Below, piece by piece: positions 12,963-26,088 of a stretch of DNA of 64,000 nt. The translations under genes and the position numbers were made by a program. The stretch comes from Paragordius varius (lineage: Eukaryota > Animalia > Nematomorpha). The stretch spans positions 5,270,001-5,334,000 of the forward strand of contig OZ176050.1 in the NCBI GenBank assembly GCA_964247055.1, written 5' to 3'. The notes beneath the pieces were generated by a model. It had not been told where the DNA came from. It saw only the letters and a list, made by a program, of their open reading frames with translations, and searched no databases. The first letter of the stretch is position 1. Each line of letters starts with the position of its first letter.

Positions 12963-14025
12963 ACAATACATTGTTTTGTTCTTTATATGTGATATATTTT
13001 GGAGAACCTTTAGCTTTCACCAAAAAAATGTTATTCAAAAAAATGTGCGCAAATCGTCCATATCCGATATGGAGAACTTACCACAAAAGTTTAAACAAAT
13101 TTCTTAAATGCAACCAAAAGCACCATGATAATTCTCATACATTGTCCTTTCAGAATATATATATAGTTAATAAATCAAGTTATTGTTTTATCCTCGATTA
13201 TGGACGCATTGTATATGCTAGGTTATGGCATCCAAAAAAAATATTTTTAAAAATAAATACTTTGCTAAAAAAATTTTTTTTAGAAAAGTTTTGTTAAAGC
13301 GTGCATACTATTGTCATGATGGATATAGTATAAAAGCTTTAAAATATAATAACACTTTCATATAATTTACATATACTGAACATTTCTCACCTAAGAAAAA
13401 TGATAAGGTTTAATTTATGTTAAATATAAATAATATTTATTTAGAAAAATTGACTTATATTTAAAAGCAAACGAACCTCTAAATAAATTATGAATTTGAA
13501 TTTATATAAACGTTCAGCTTCATTGAAAATATAGTAATAATGTGTTTTTACGATGTCTAAAGTGTATAAAAATACCGTTTCCATATGCCTTAAAAGAGTA
13601 TGAACTACGCTTTAACAAAATTTTGCAAATATTTATCTGTTAAACAAAATATGTAATTTCTTGGAAAAAATTTTTTGATGTCAAATTAGCATATATTTAA
13701 AAATTCTATTAGCTTATTTGCGTTTATTTTAAGAGAACTAGCTCATTTTAGAGAGCCGAAAATTTTAAAACTTTTGGATACCACTAAAAATTTAAACAAA
13801 GATGTTCGTTTTTTTATATGTAGTTTAAGCTATATTATAATGATAGTTTTTGAAATGACAAAATCTTTTCAGCATATGTGGGAAAGTTTTACGATTTTTG
13901 ATATTGAGCAATCGCCTCGTCAAAATAACTTTTCCCTCGTAAGGCTAAAAATAAAGCATCAATCCTGAGTACTTAATCTATTAATATATATTTAAGTATG
14001 ATATTTTTTATACTCCCGATTGCGT
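11697..14025. mobile_element. Family B long-inverted-repeat element interrupted by a MITE A and (TA)n runs
   Basis: Left end ACTGCGTCAAAATCGGG...TCTGATA...ATCAGAATTATCAGGGTG matches family B copies at 26940-28035 and ~61750-63250. A degenerate inverted end lies near 14000-14025. Boundaries are approximate. Confidence 0.55.
12350..12917 (-). mobile_element. MITE family A copy inside a (TA)n tract, with ATAT flanks
   Basis: ATAT|CACTTGGATACAACAC ... ATCGAAGTG|ATAT; TA runs at ~12300-12345 and 12918-12958. Confidence 0.88.
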
Positions 14026-14619
14026 GATTTGATATAAATATAAGTAATATAAAATATCAACTTTATTAAGAGTTAAACACTTCTATAAAATATCTTTGTC
14101 CGAATTTTAATTCCAAATTTTTTTTTCGTTTTTTTTTTTCATAAATATTAGAAAGGCCAATTAAAACCAAAATAATTATTTTTATGCCTTTTATTAATTC
14201 TTTAATCACCATTTCCTATATATACAATCCTATAATAACAGTTATACGATTCTGTTCATTTTGTAATGTAGATACCTATTTATGAGTTTAGTTGTTTTTT
14301 ATTATCTTATTTTTAGGATATTTTTTAAGTTATTACTTAGATTGTAAAGACGTAATCCATACTTAAGTATGGTTGAGCAAAGTCCCGGCAAACTAGTTTA
14401 TATAAATATGCCAAAAACTAAAATGATAGATAAAATACGTATAAGAAACTGGAATATCTGGGGTTGGAATGAAGAAAAAAAAGACCCATAAGAAAGTATA
14501 TAAGAATCCAATTAAACATTTTGGGTATCACAGAAACCCATTACAAGAACAATGGTGTTTTATATAACGAAGAAAATTGTATTTATATGTCGGGACATGA
14601 TGAAATAAGGAGGGAGTGT

Positions 14620-16494
14620 CAGTGGCCGAACTGTAAACTGTGCCCCCCCCCCCCCCCCCCGAAAGATTTAAATACTGCCCCCCAAAATCGTTGGCACCTA
14701 TTCCTGGCGCATCACTTAGATTCGTAAAGAAATATAATATTGAAAAATGATAATATTTACATGACTTGCATCCTGAGTTTAAAAGTTTTGCGTTCCTGCT
14801 ATTTTTATATATGATGGTTAGTACCCACCCGCCCACCTTAACCACAGTTCTTACTCTTAACGTTCATTTTTAAAATTTAAAATAATTAAATAACTTATTA
14901 AGAGCATGTAATCAGAAAATCAAGTTTTAAAATTTCGTTTTCTCGATTTTGCGTGAGCATTTTAATTATATCTTTTTTATCTATTTGATCCGCCATCTCC
15001 GCTTCAATTGCTAGTAACGATAAATTGCTTAACCTTTTTCCAGCCATCGTGCTTTTAATATAATTTTTAATTAATTTCAACATTAAAAATGTAACTGGTA
15101 AAGTCAAAAAAATAATAATGCTGTTATAACTTCATCACAACTGGCTGAAAGTGTTGGGTACTTAATAATTAATAGCTCTGCAAATTGCGTGGGATTGTTA
15201 ATTTGAGAGATCTCATCATTAAGCTATATACCATGACGTGCTGTCACTAATATGGGCATAATTATAAACCTATTTTACTATGAAGACTTAATTCCTAATT
15301 CATGGACAGCTTGGTAAAGCTTTCTTTATTTCGCTCGCCTGCATGATCACATATTCGTTTTTCATATAATAACATTGTCAACGTATGCGCGGGATACGGG
15401 CTTACCTAGGAATAGCAGCGGGCAAAAAAATTTTAAACTAATTGCTAAAAGTTATATATATTTTCGGAATTCGCAAAAATAAAATTTTGACAGCTGTTTA
15501 GTCAGAATAATAAAATATTTTTTATGGTAATATAGCTTTTTGTAATTATAATAACAGGGCTTCGAACCGGTCCCAAAAAATGGAACTAGAACCGGGCTTT
15601 AATTAAAATTGGAACAGGAATCGATTCCTAAAACAGGAACTAGATTCCGGTTTGAAGGCCTAATAAATTTGTATAAATGTACTAATTAAACGGATATGAA
15701 TGTGCCGATCGCCAAGATTTTTAAATTTTGAGACTGACCCTCTGACAAAATTGCCGACCCCTGATTTAGTGTGTGGTGATATCGAAATTTTATGTTTTAG
15801 AACTAAAAATAAATTTGAAAATAACATGCATCAAAGGTTAAAAACATTAATAATGCACATTAATGTATACCAGCTAACAAATGTTGGCCAATTCACTTTG
15901 CAGTGAAGTATGTGAAATAACAATCATACAGTAAAATTTAATAAATTTTATTCACGATGTATGCATTTTTTTACATAATTATTGTTATTCCTCATAATTT
16001 GCTGTAATATGAATTGGCCAACATTGTGAGTTGGCCTAATTGCATATTAAATAATTAAAATAAATGAATTGTTACATATTAGAGAATATTGTTATAATGA
16101 ATGTTTTTCTGTTTTCCCTCCTTTTTTTGTTAACTATTAAAACTGCCAGAAATTAATAAAGGAACAAACAATATCATTATGGCTAAAATTTGTAGTGAAA
16201 AAAATGATTTTTTTGCTCTCTCTACCTTTAACTCAATAATATTATAATTTACATGAACCCCAAAAAATTAAAATATGTAAATTGTCTTTCACACTACATT
16301 AAAAAATATTTTTTTACGCTATAAGAATATAATATTGCAAATGAGATTTTATTGGTAATTTTAATTTAACAGAGGCAAAAAAACTTTAGGCCCCCCGCAA
16401 AATAAATAGGTGGCCCAAATTTAATATAAATAATAAAAAGGGCCCCTGTTTTGCCTTGGGTCCGCCCGCACTGCTCCCCTTAGTTTAGCCATTG
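14620..16494 (-). mobile_element. Internally deleted hAT element with a dimerisation-domain remnant
   Basis: TIRs CAGTGGCCGAACT / AGTTTAGCCATTG; 8-bp TSD GGGAGTGT / GGGAGGGT (7 of 8 match). ORF 14898-15107 (TLPVT..LKLIKNYIKSTMAGKRLSNLSLLAIEAE) resembles the hAT C-terminal domain. Confidence 0.82.
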
Positions 16495-18619
16495 GGGAGG
16501 GTTTTGGTGTAATATTAAATAAAGAATATAATAAATATATCAATTCGTTTAATTTATACAATTCCTCATTAGCATGAGATTTTATGTTAGCCCTAACTTA
16601 TATCATTGTGTATGCCCCAATAGCGGACTTCTTACATGAAAAAATAGATGCATTTACGAACAGCTCCAAGACTTAATAAACTCTGTACCTAAAAAGGATG
16701 ATTATAATAGGTGGTGATTGCAATAGTATGGTTGGAAATCAAGATTACGACACAATAGTGGGAAAACACGGATTAGGGGAAAGGAACGAAGCTGGTGAAC
16801 GATTAATAAAATTCTGTATGATTAATCAAATGTTTGTTGTGAATACATGGTATAAACAACATAAAAGACGTTTTACACCTGAACTCCCTTGTGGGAAAAT
16901 TAAAAACCAAATAGTTTATTTTATAGCACAACAAAAATGGAAAAATCATAAATGCTAAAACCAAGAAAAGTTGTGACCGCGCAACCGATCAGCAATTATT
17001 AAAAACAACAATTAAAACGCACCTGTTCTAACCCAGGAAGATTAAAAAAGAACACAAATACAAAGTAAAACTAATTCCTTTAGAATATAAAATATAAGTC
17101 AACAATAGATTTGAATTACTAGCTAAGATAGATAATAACTCAAAAAACCAATGGAATGTATAAAAACAATTCACGAGACAGCACATCTATTTTTACCAAA
17201 GAAAAAAAACATCATATAAAAAAGGGTTATCAGATGACTGCATAAAAATAATTGAAGAAAGAAGAAGAGCTAAGAAAAGAGGAGAAATAGATATGGTTAA
17301 GAAATTAAATTCAAGACTCCAGAGACAGAAAAGGAAGGATCTGGAGAAATACTGAAAGAACGATGGACGACTATTGAGGAAGCCAACAGAAAAGGCTAAG
17401 CCTCTGTTCCAAACCATCAGAAAAGTAACAAATCAATACCACTTCCAAACATTAAAATTAAGGATAATGGTGGAAGAATCTTGACGACGGAAATAGAATT
17501 TAAACAAAGATGGAAAAATTACACCAAACAGCTATATAGTGCGCACTCAGGTGCAAACGATAGACAAATTATGGGAATGGGGATGATGAGTTATGTATAC
17601 TAGAAGCAGAGCTAGTAAAAGCTATAAAAGACCAAGATAAGTCGGGAATAGATAATATTCCCTTGGAATTAATAAGAGATATACCGATATCAGTTATACA
17701 TAGATTGTGTCAGGAAATATAGTCAGGTATTTGGTTAAAAAGACTGGCAAACTTCCCTGTTTATCCTAATCTTTAAAGAGGGAGATAAATCAAATTGCGA
17801 GAACTATAGAAACATAGCTCTCATTAGCCATGCAAGCAAAAGATTGCATAAGAAGCATAATTAAAACTTGTAAAGAATTTCAAGTAGAGTTAATATATTG
17901 TATTAATAATACCCAAGCTTTTAACTCGATTAACCATGTCCATTGGCGAAGTTTGGAAGCAATGGGAGTTAAAGCAAAGCATTTAAACTTGTTCAAAAAT
18001 TTGTATGAATAACAAAAAGCCATAATACAAACCCCGGTGGGCAGAACCAACGAAATTTTAATACAGAAAGGTGTTAGAAAAGGATGTTGCCTCTCACCAT
18101 ACTTGTTTAATATTTGTAGAGAAATAATCATGAGAAAAGTAGATGAAGCTACTGAAAGTCTCTAAGTTTTGACAGGACGATAATGTAGAAATAAAGAATA
18201 TGATAAGGTTAGTAAGAGTAGAAACAAAAGATATGGTTTAAACCTCAATCCAAAGAAAACCAAAATTATGAGTTTAATTAGATAAACCTAATATAACCAC
18301 CATAGACGACACCCCAGTAGAAGTAGTAAATGTAAACCTATTCTTAGGCTCTCCAATAGATATAAACGGCTTCTATACGCCAGATATTAAAAGCCGCATA
18401 GTCTTCGGAAAGTCAGCTGCGAAAAAAATGACTAAATTATTGAAAAGTAAAGATATCACAATGAAAACCAAAAAGAGAGTAATGAAATGCATGGTTTTCC
18501 CGCTAGCAATATATGCTCCCGAAAGTTGACTAAAACAGAATGATAAAAAAAGGATTGTAGCATTTGAAATGTGGTGTTGGAGGAGCATGTTGAATATTAA
18601 ATGGCTAACAAGGTTAAGA

Positions 18620-18782
18620 ATGAAACAATAAGAGAAAAAATTAATAGGAAGCTACGATAAAAAGAAAGTTCACGTACATTGGTCACATTTTAAGAAGTAT
18701 ATATGAAACAATAAGAGAAAAAATTAATAGGAAGCTACGATAAAAAAGTTCACGTACATTGGTCACATTTTAAGAAGTATAT
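18620..18782 (+). repeat. Tandem duplication of ~80 bp inside the decayed LINE
   Basis: ATGAAACAATAAGAG...TTTTAAGAAGTATAT occurs at 18620-18702 and again at 18703-18782. Confidence 0.9.
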
Positions 18783-19101
18783 CTTTTGAGAGGATTTGAT
18801 TTTTGGAAAAGTTGAAGGGAAAAACAGGAAGGCCAATGTTAGGATGGCTGGAATCTGGTAGATGTATAAAGGAATTGAAATAAATAACATGTCAAAAATA
18901 CAAGTGGAGATAACTCGTCATTTTAATTTCCAAGGGGTCAAACTCAACCTAAGGAATTACCTACCTACCTACCTAATAAAAAATTTCATAAAAAAACGAA
19001 ATTATAATATTAATTTAATTTGCATCTAAATCTATTTTTGGAAAATCATGCTTTGTATTGTGTTTCTACACGAGGATAGCAAAGTATTCATAAAAATTTA
19101 A

Positions 19102-19656
19102 CACTTCGATCCAAATTGGGGTATCTAAATACCCCACACTAAATTTGAGATAGGATTTTTAAAAAACTATTGATGGAAACGGTCCCAATTTAAACTTATG
19201 CTTCTATACTAATAAAAATTATATAAATATGCCAAATTATCTAAATAAAATTTTGTTTTGAAAAACAAATTCCATGTCAAACTACTTTGACGCCATTTTT
19301 TTACAAAATTTTTGCAAAATATCGTCTTCATTTAATTTTAAGGGTAAAATAAACCTAATTTTTTATTTAAGCTACATCTAACATTGATAGAAATAGAAAA
19401 AGCGGGTTATTTTGTATTATTTTTTAATTTTACCATTGCAGACATGTCACTTTGGCTAAATTTTTACCTTTCGGTTTTAGCTTAAAATAAATAATATCAA
19501 GTATACATTTCGGTTTATTAATGTTATATAAGTGCAAAATTTTGCTATGGTTTTGATTTTTATATTATTTAAAGAATTTAATTTTAATCAGGCCTGGGGT
19601 TTTTAACTACTCTAATTTGAATCTAAGGAGAAAAATGAATGTGTTATATCCAAGTG
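19102..19656 (+). mobile_element. MITE family A copy ending 52 bp before the dpy-30 ATG
   Basis: TTAA|CACTTCGATCCAAATTGGGG ... GTGTTATATCCAAGTG|TTAA. Confidence 0.9.
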
Positions 19657-19708
19657 TTAAAAGCATATTTTTAACCTTTTTATATAAATTTTTGATTTTG
19701 CCGAATAA

Positions 19709-20186
19709 ATGGAAGATCAAATTAATCAAGAAGCATCCAGTGAGGTTGTTGAAAATTCATCGACTACTGAAACTGAAGATAAACAGGTTGATGAAAACAC
19801 GAAGGAGGTTGAAAAAGTAGAAGACGTTAAAGAAACCGAGAATATGGAAGCCCAAAAAGAAGCTCCTCTAGTAAATTCTAGTGTGGAACTAACTCAGCCG
19901 ACTGAAGTTTTAATAATGTATATTTAAGTCTGTTATAAATGAATCCAAAGCTCACGTTGAAGAAGTAAAACAATCGATTGATACTTCTCCCCAAGCTAAA
20001 AAACCAAAAATTGATTATCAAGCTATGCCAACAAGGGCATATCTTGATAATACTGTAGTACCTATACTTTTGCAGGCTCTTTCAACAATAGCTAAAGAGA
20101 GGTTTATTTTTATATAGTATAGGCCTTCTGATCCAATCTCATTTTTGGCTGAATATCTTATCAATCATAAGCAAGAATTTGCCTAA
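19709..20186 (+). CDS. dpy-30: Protein dpy-30 homolog (COMPASS/SET1 complex subunit), 144 aa
   Basis: Exons 19709-19906, 19929-20101 and 20123-20186. Spliced C-terminus [31 protein letters not shown]|[16 protein letters not shown] is the Dpy-30 motif. Introns are 22 and 21 nt. Confidence 0.95.
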
Positions 20187-20972
20187 TGCATAAAAGAATC
20201 AAAATATTTTAAAGAAAAATAAATTTTTTGAATATTTTTATATAGAGTGTGTGTAGTGTTGAAAATTTTTGATCTCCCAATCAAGATAAATTCTACAATG
20301 TTTTATTTGTTGGTATCTGATTTTACTTGTAATCATAAAATATGATCTTTCAAAAAATAGACAGTATTTTATAAAATTTTATATTTCTTTCATTGTTTTT
20401 TGTTTTACGTCCTAAATTTTCATGCAAACGTTTCAGTTGCTCATCTTCTCTAATTTCTAATCTAGCAATTTAAACCGAAATCGGTTGTGTTGCCGCTTCA
20501 AATATAATTTATAAATGCACATTTCTCTAATATTTTTCTTTGCTTGATGTGAACTTTTTATAAATTTTTATAGTTTTGGGCCGTTTGATTTGGTAGATAT
20601 CTTTAATTTACAATTAACAATTTTTTAAAAATATTTGTTAGCCTGTCGCTCAAATATAACTTAAAATGCACCTTTCTTCTAATATTTACTTTTTTTGATA
20701 TGGATTTATTACAAATTATTATGGCGTGTATATAATCTAGTGTTAATTTAAAATCGCCACAATAGCACTTTTTGGTACCGCGGCATGCTTTCTTAGCCTC
20801 CCAAAGAAGTTTCATTTAAAATAACTTTTATTTTAATCTCTTAAATCAAAATTTAATTAATTAGTTCTTGTTAATGGTTATATGTTTTTTCCCTATGTTT
20901 TTATTTATTAACTATGAATGGTCCGTAGTCGCATAGCTTAGATTTAAATATTGCGCTTACAACGGGTTAAAC

Positions 20973-22694
20973 CAGTGATACTCAAACCGCGGCCCGCATG
21001 CGGCCCTAAGAGTGCTTTAAAATTGCCCTATGACCATATACTTAAATTATTTTTTTATTGATGTACACATAAACAAATTTTCGCTTATTTTAACATTATT
21101 TTTATTTTCTTTAAAATTAATTTCGTTTTATTTTTTACCCAATTTGAAATGTAGAAAAATTTCCCTACATTAAAATGATTTCATAATTGCATACGTTGTT
21201 TCTCTGTATTCTATTTTCTTTTCTATTTTGAAATTTTTATTCCATTCCTTGTATTTAAGCAAGCCTTTCACCCATTGCATATACATATTCTTTTCATTGC
21301 TATCCTGAATCATTTTAATAACTTATGCCCATAAAATATTTTTCAAATCAAGATCATTATTCGACCTGTTTTTTTATAGCATAGTTCAAATTATATTCCT
21401 ATTTTTTTGAAAAAATTTACATAATATTTAAACATCAAGTCAAAGGATGACATTTAATGGTAAAAAACGTAAATTATCCGATGAATATCGTTCCTTTATA
21501 AAAGAATGGGAAGAAAATTTTTTTGTCGTTTTAAATAAAAATGTTGTTACCTGCCTCATATGTAAGGACAACATAATCAACGAAGAATATTTAAAATTTT
21601 TACCACCGAAGAATACACGATATAAATCGATTTTCTCGAAATAATTAGAACTTTTTACGATAATAATGGTATATCTATGAAATTGGTTTCGAGCTGCACG
21701 GATGGCTGTCCCTCTATGATTGGAATAAACAAAGAATTTATTCGTTTTTGAAAAAACAAAATAATTTGCAAATTATTTTATCTTATCCTTTCCCTGCTTT
21801 ATTCATCAGCAAAACTTGGTTTTGCGTGTAAAAGATGAATCACCCAATTCAGTAACTAAAACGTAGTGGATATAGTTAACCACATCCGTGGCAGAGAATT
21901 CTCCGTTTAAAACAACTTCTGATTATTAGCCTGCCTTTGCGACATTACTAAAATACAAGTCTTCAAGGGAGCAAAATAATAACCCAATTTGCTATTAAAA
22001 TATTTGCTTTTGAAGAAAAATTAATAATATATAAACAAGATTTACACCCCCATATTTTCCAACACTTAAAACGATTCATGAAGAAAATATGGAATTTACT
22101 GCGGAAATTAATTTAATAACAGATAATCATTTAACATTTCTATCTAATGAGTTCAAATTTCGAGAAAGAATTATTTAAAAAATCCTTATAACTCGTTGTC
22201 ATGGCATATGGATATATCCAATAGTAAGCAACTTGAACATTTCGGTTTTGATCAGGGGCATTTCATAGATTCCAAAAATTATTCTAATTCGGAGTCTATA
22301 TTCAAGGAAATCGTAGCGAAGAAAGATGTGGGTTTTGGCAAGATGTGCCAAATAAATATGAAAATATAAAAAATGTGCTCAAGTTATCCTAACTGTTTAA
22401 CCCTCAACTTACGCGTATGAGGCATATTCAAAAATAAAAAATGTCATACATACAAATTATTGGTTAATATCAAAATAAATGTTATCAAAATATTTAAATT
22501 TTTTAAACTAAATGGTGCAAAACGCGTTTTTAGCAGGATTTACATGCGATCCGCAAAAAATTCATTGTGCTGATTTAGAGTTATATATGTGCATATGTGT
22601 CAAATATGGAATATTTGCCATATTCAAATTCATGGCCCTCGAAAAAAAAATATATTTTATTTGGCCCGTCAAATTTTTTTGGTGAGTACCACTG
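20973..22694 (+). mobile_element. Deleted copy of the hAT family at 9268-11659
   Basis: Same TIRs, perfect 8-bp TSD GGTTAAAC on both sides, colinear with the first copy apart from internal deletions. Confidence 0.92.
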
Positions 22695-23177
22695 GGTTAA
22701 ACAATGTGAAGAGAGTTTAATTATAAAAATATTGAATTTTTATACAAATATTATTATGCAAATACATTTTTAATGGCTGCTTTTTTTCAGCGAAGCGCCA
22801 TATAAGAGAAAATCCAAAAAATACTGTTTTTAATGTTGTCCCTAATATTTTCAGCAAGTAAGCAAAACTCAAAATTACCACTTGTTTGTACTTAAGATTT
22901 TGAAACCATCTGAAACGCTATAGGGAGGCACCAAAAAATATAATCAGGGTCGTAATGTCTTTGGTTTTAAGGTTGTTTCCACTTTTCAGCTTATCAGCAA
23001 GTTGCGAAATTAACGCCAATTGTCAAAAAAGAGACTTCCAAAAGATATTTATTTGATGCAATAAATACAGGCTCTGGAAGTTTCATATTTTTTGACCCCC
23101 CGATAATGGGCTAGTCATCTTAAAATATTTTCCGAGATGCTCGATAAGAATTTTATAATATATGCTAGATATGACGT

Positions 23178-26088
23178 TGTTAAGTTAGATCCTACTGTCG
23201 CAGACACAAACGCACCTATATAATTGTAAACACTTATAACTTTGTGATACACCTAGTTAATGTTAATTGGAGCTTCAAGCAAAATAGTTAGTATATAATT
23301 GCTGTATTATAATATCACACACACATGTTTGATTTCTGGTATTTTAATAAATGTTTTCTGTTTAATATATCTTTACTTCTATCATTCTGTGTTATACTTA
23401 CTTCTATCATTCCACATCTAGTAGATGACAGTCATTATATACCGACATTTGACGAATTAATTTCCAAAATAGAATTAGGAGAATTATTTTCGGTAATCGA
23501 TTTGAAAGACGCATATCTGCAATTGCCAATAGATCATGAAAGTCAAAAGTTATAACAATTACCACACCCCTAGGGTATTTTACATATAAAAGGCCCCCTT
23601 TTGGCCTAACAAGCGCCCCCTGCATTTTTCAAAGATTAATGGATAAGATTTTAGGTGACTGCCCAGGAACAACTGTATATTTAGACGATATTTTAATAAC
23701 AGGAAAAAACCGAAACTAACATAAAAGAAACTTAGAAAAGGTATTTAAGCGTTTAGACGATTCTGGTTTCAAATTAAGTAAAAGCAAACTAAAACTTTTT
23801 CAACCGTCTGTAAGTTATTTGGGATATGTTATATCAAAAAACGGCATATCCCCAGCTGCCGATAAAGTTAAAGCCATACAAAACTTCCCAAGACCCACTG
23901 ACAAAACAACACTCAAGTCCTTCTTAGGCTCAATAAATTTTCACACACGATTCCTCCCGAAATTGCATGGAAGTTTGGCTATACTTCACGACCTAAGCAG
24001 CTATAAAAAACCCTGGATATGAAACCACGAGAACTGTTTTAACAGAGCTAAAAAATTATTATTTCATACTGTTAAACTAACTCCGTTCAACCCTGGGTTA
24101 CCTATAATAATCGAAACAGACGCCTGGAATAAAGGGTACGGAGCAGTGTTACTACAGACCACGCAGGAGGGCATAAATAAACCCATTGCCTACGCATCTA
24201 GAAAGTGGTCTAAATCCGAAGAAAATTATTCAGTGATAGAAAAGGAATCACAAGCCATACTTTTCGCTTTTGAAAAATTTAGAACGTTCATTACATGGAA
24301 GAAGTTTGAACTGCGTACTGATCACAAACCACTAATAAAGCTGTTTGGAAATAATCGTAAATTAGACCAAATAAATAATTCCAAGCTACTACGTTGGATA
24401 TATAAAGCTAGCGAATTTAATTACAATCTACGGTACATTAAAAGTCACGAAAACATTGCAGATCCATTGTCCCGCATGCCGACAGAACCACAACACGACA
24501 CAGAAAGCCTTCAAACAGCAGAACATGTAAGATTTATCAATAGTAATCTATTCAATATAAATCGTGACCATATTAGAAGCCAGACCGAAACCGACCCTCT
24601 ATTAAAACAGGTAATAAGGGCACTAAGAAAAACAACTGATCCAATAAAATATTACATCCATTCCACAGTTTTAGAATTGAAAATGAAAATACATACGGGT
24701 TATTATATTGGCAAGCTAGATTAATAATTCCCGAATCTCAAAAATTAAATATCTTACAATTATTACACGTCGGACACCCCGGATTCAAAGCAATGTACGA
24801 ACAAGCAAAACAAATAGTCTTTTGGCACAACATGGAAAGCTACATAAAAAAGTGGGTAGATACGTGTAAAAAGTGTCAAGAAAACCGTCCGATGCGAAAA
24901 CTGAATCCCACATAGGAACACGAATACAGAAATATGGGAGAGATTACATCAAGATATAGCAGGCCCGATAGACAATTATTATTATTGGATAGTTCTTATT
25001 GACAGTTATTTTCGATGGGTTGAAGTTAAACTATCGAAAATGATATCGACCAAAAATATATTGAATTTCCTAGACGAATGTTTCAGTCGATATGGATCTC
25101 CAAGAATGATAGTAAGCGACAACGCGTCTTACTTTACATCTGAGGAGTTTAAAAAAGTCATGGAAACGGGAAACATTAAACATGTAACATCAGTTCCCTA
25201 TCATCCAAAAACTAACCATGGTGGAACGAGTAATATATACCCTAAAAACACATTATCGGTCAGCAGAAGACGATGACCCACATTCAAAAATAAATAACAC
25301 ACTTTGGGGATATCGCACTAACATACACAGTGCTACAAATACATGTTCCGCTCAACTTTTTCTAAAACGTACCATACCCAATCCAATCACATGGCTACAA
25401 TATAAACAAACAGACTTCTTAGACGATGTACCATCTAATCACGAATACCATGAAAACGAAAAAGTATACATAAAAAATGAACTAGCGAATGGTTGGCGAG
25501 AAGGAATTGTAAATAAACGACTCGGATTATTCTCATATGAAATACAAGATGATAACAAAATCATCCGAAAACACGCAGACCAACTGAGACCAAGGGAAGG
25601 AGGCGAAAGAATAATGGGTAAGACAATTTCACCCGAAGAGACTCCACCATCGTCTTACCTATATGTTAGGTACTCTACTGCGACGACCGAAGCCCCGACC
25701 TTACCTCCGCCTCAACCCTCGGAACCCATCATTGAGTTGCCATCCCAACAAACACCCACTATAGCACCTACCATTGACACTCATACAGAACGGCGATACC
25801 ATACACGAATCCGACACCCACCACATAGATATCAAGGACAGGGAAAGAGTGATGTTAAGTTAGATCCTACTATCGCACACACAAACGCACCTATATAATT
25901 GTAAACACTTATAACTTTGTGATACACCTAGTTAATGTTAATTGTAGCTTCAAGCAAAATAGTTAGTAAATAATTGCTGTATTATTATATAACACACACA
26001 TGTTTGATTTCTGGTATTTTAATAAATGTTTTCTGTTTAATATATCTTTACTTCTATCATTCTGTGTTATATAATTTTACTTCTATTA
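23178..26088 (+). mobile_element. Ty3/Gypsy (Mag/K02A2.6-like) LTR retrotransposon lacking PBS, gag and protease; decayed pol
   Basis: LTRs 23178-23409 (TG..CA) and 25853-26088; 5-bp TSD GACGT; purine tract before the 3' LTR. RT (IDLKDAYLQL, YLDDILI), RNase H (ETDAWNKGYGAVL, TDHKPL), integrase HHCC (HVGHPG...CKKC) and core (IVSDNASYF), all with stops and frameshifts. Confidence 0.93.

Larger units (their letters stand above)
14425..18975 (+). mobile_element. Heavily decayed RTE (BovB-like) LINE split by a hAT insertion, with a (TACC)n tail
   Basis: Endonuclease remnants IRNWNI, LGITETHY, MSGHDEIRRE and, after the insertion, IIGGDCNSMVG, GKHGLGERNEAGERLIKFC. RT remnants NYRNIALISHASK, QAFNSINH, GVRKGCCLSPYLFN. 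C-terminal FEMWCWRSML. TACC repeats at 18958-18973. Confidence 0.85.
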
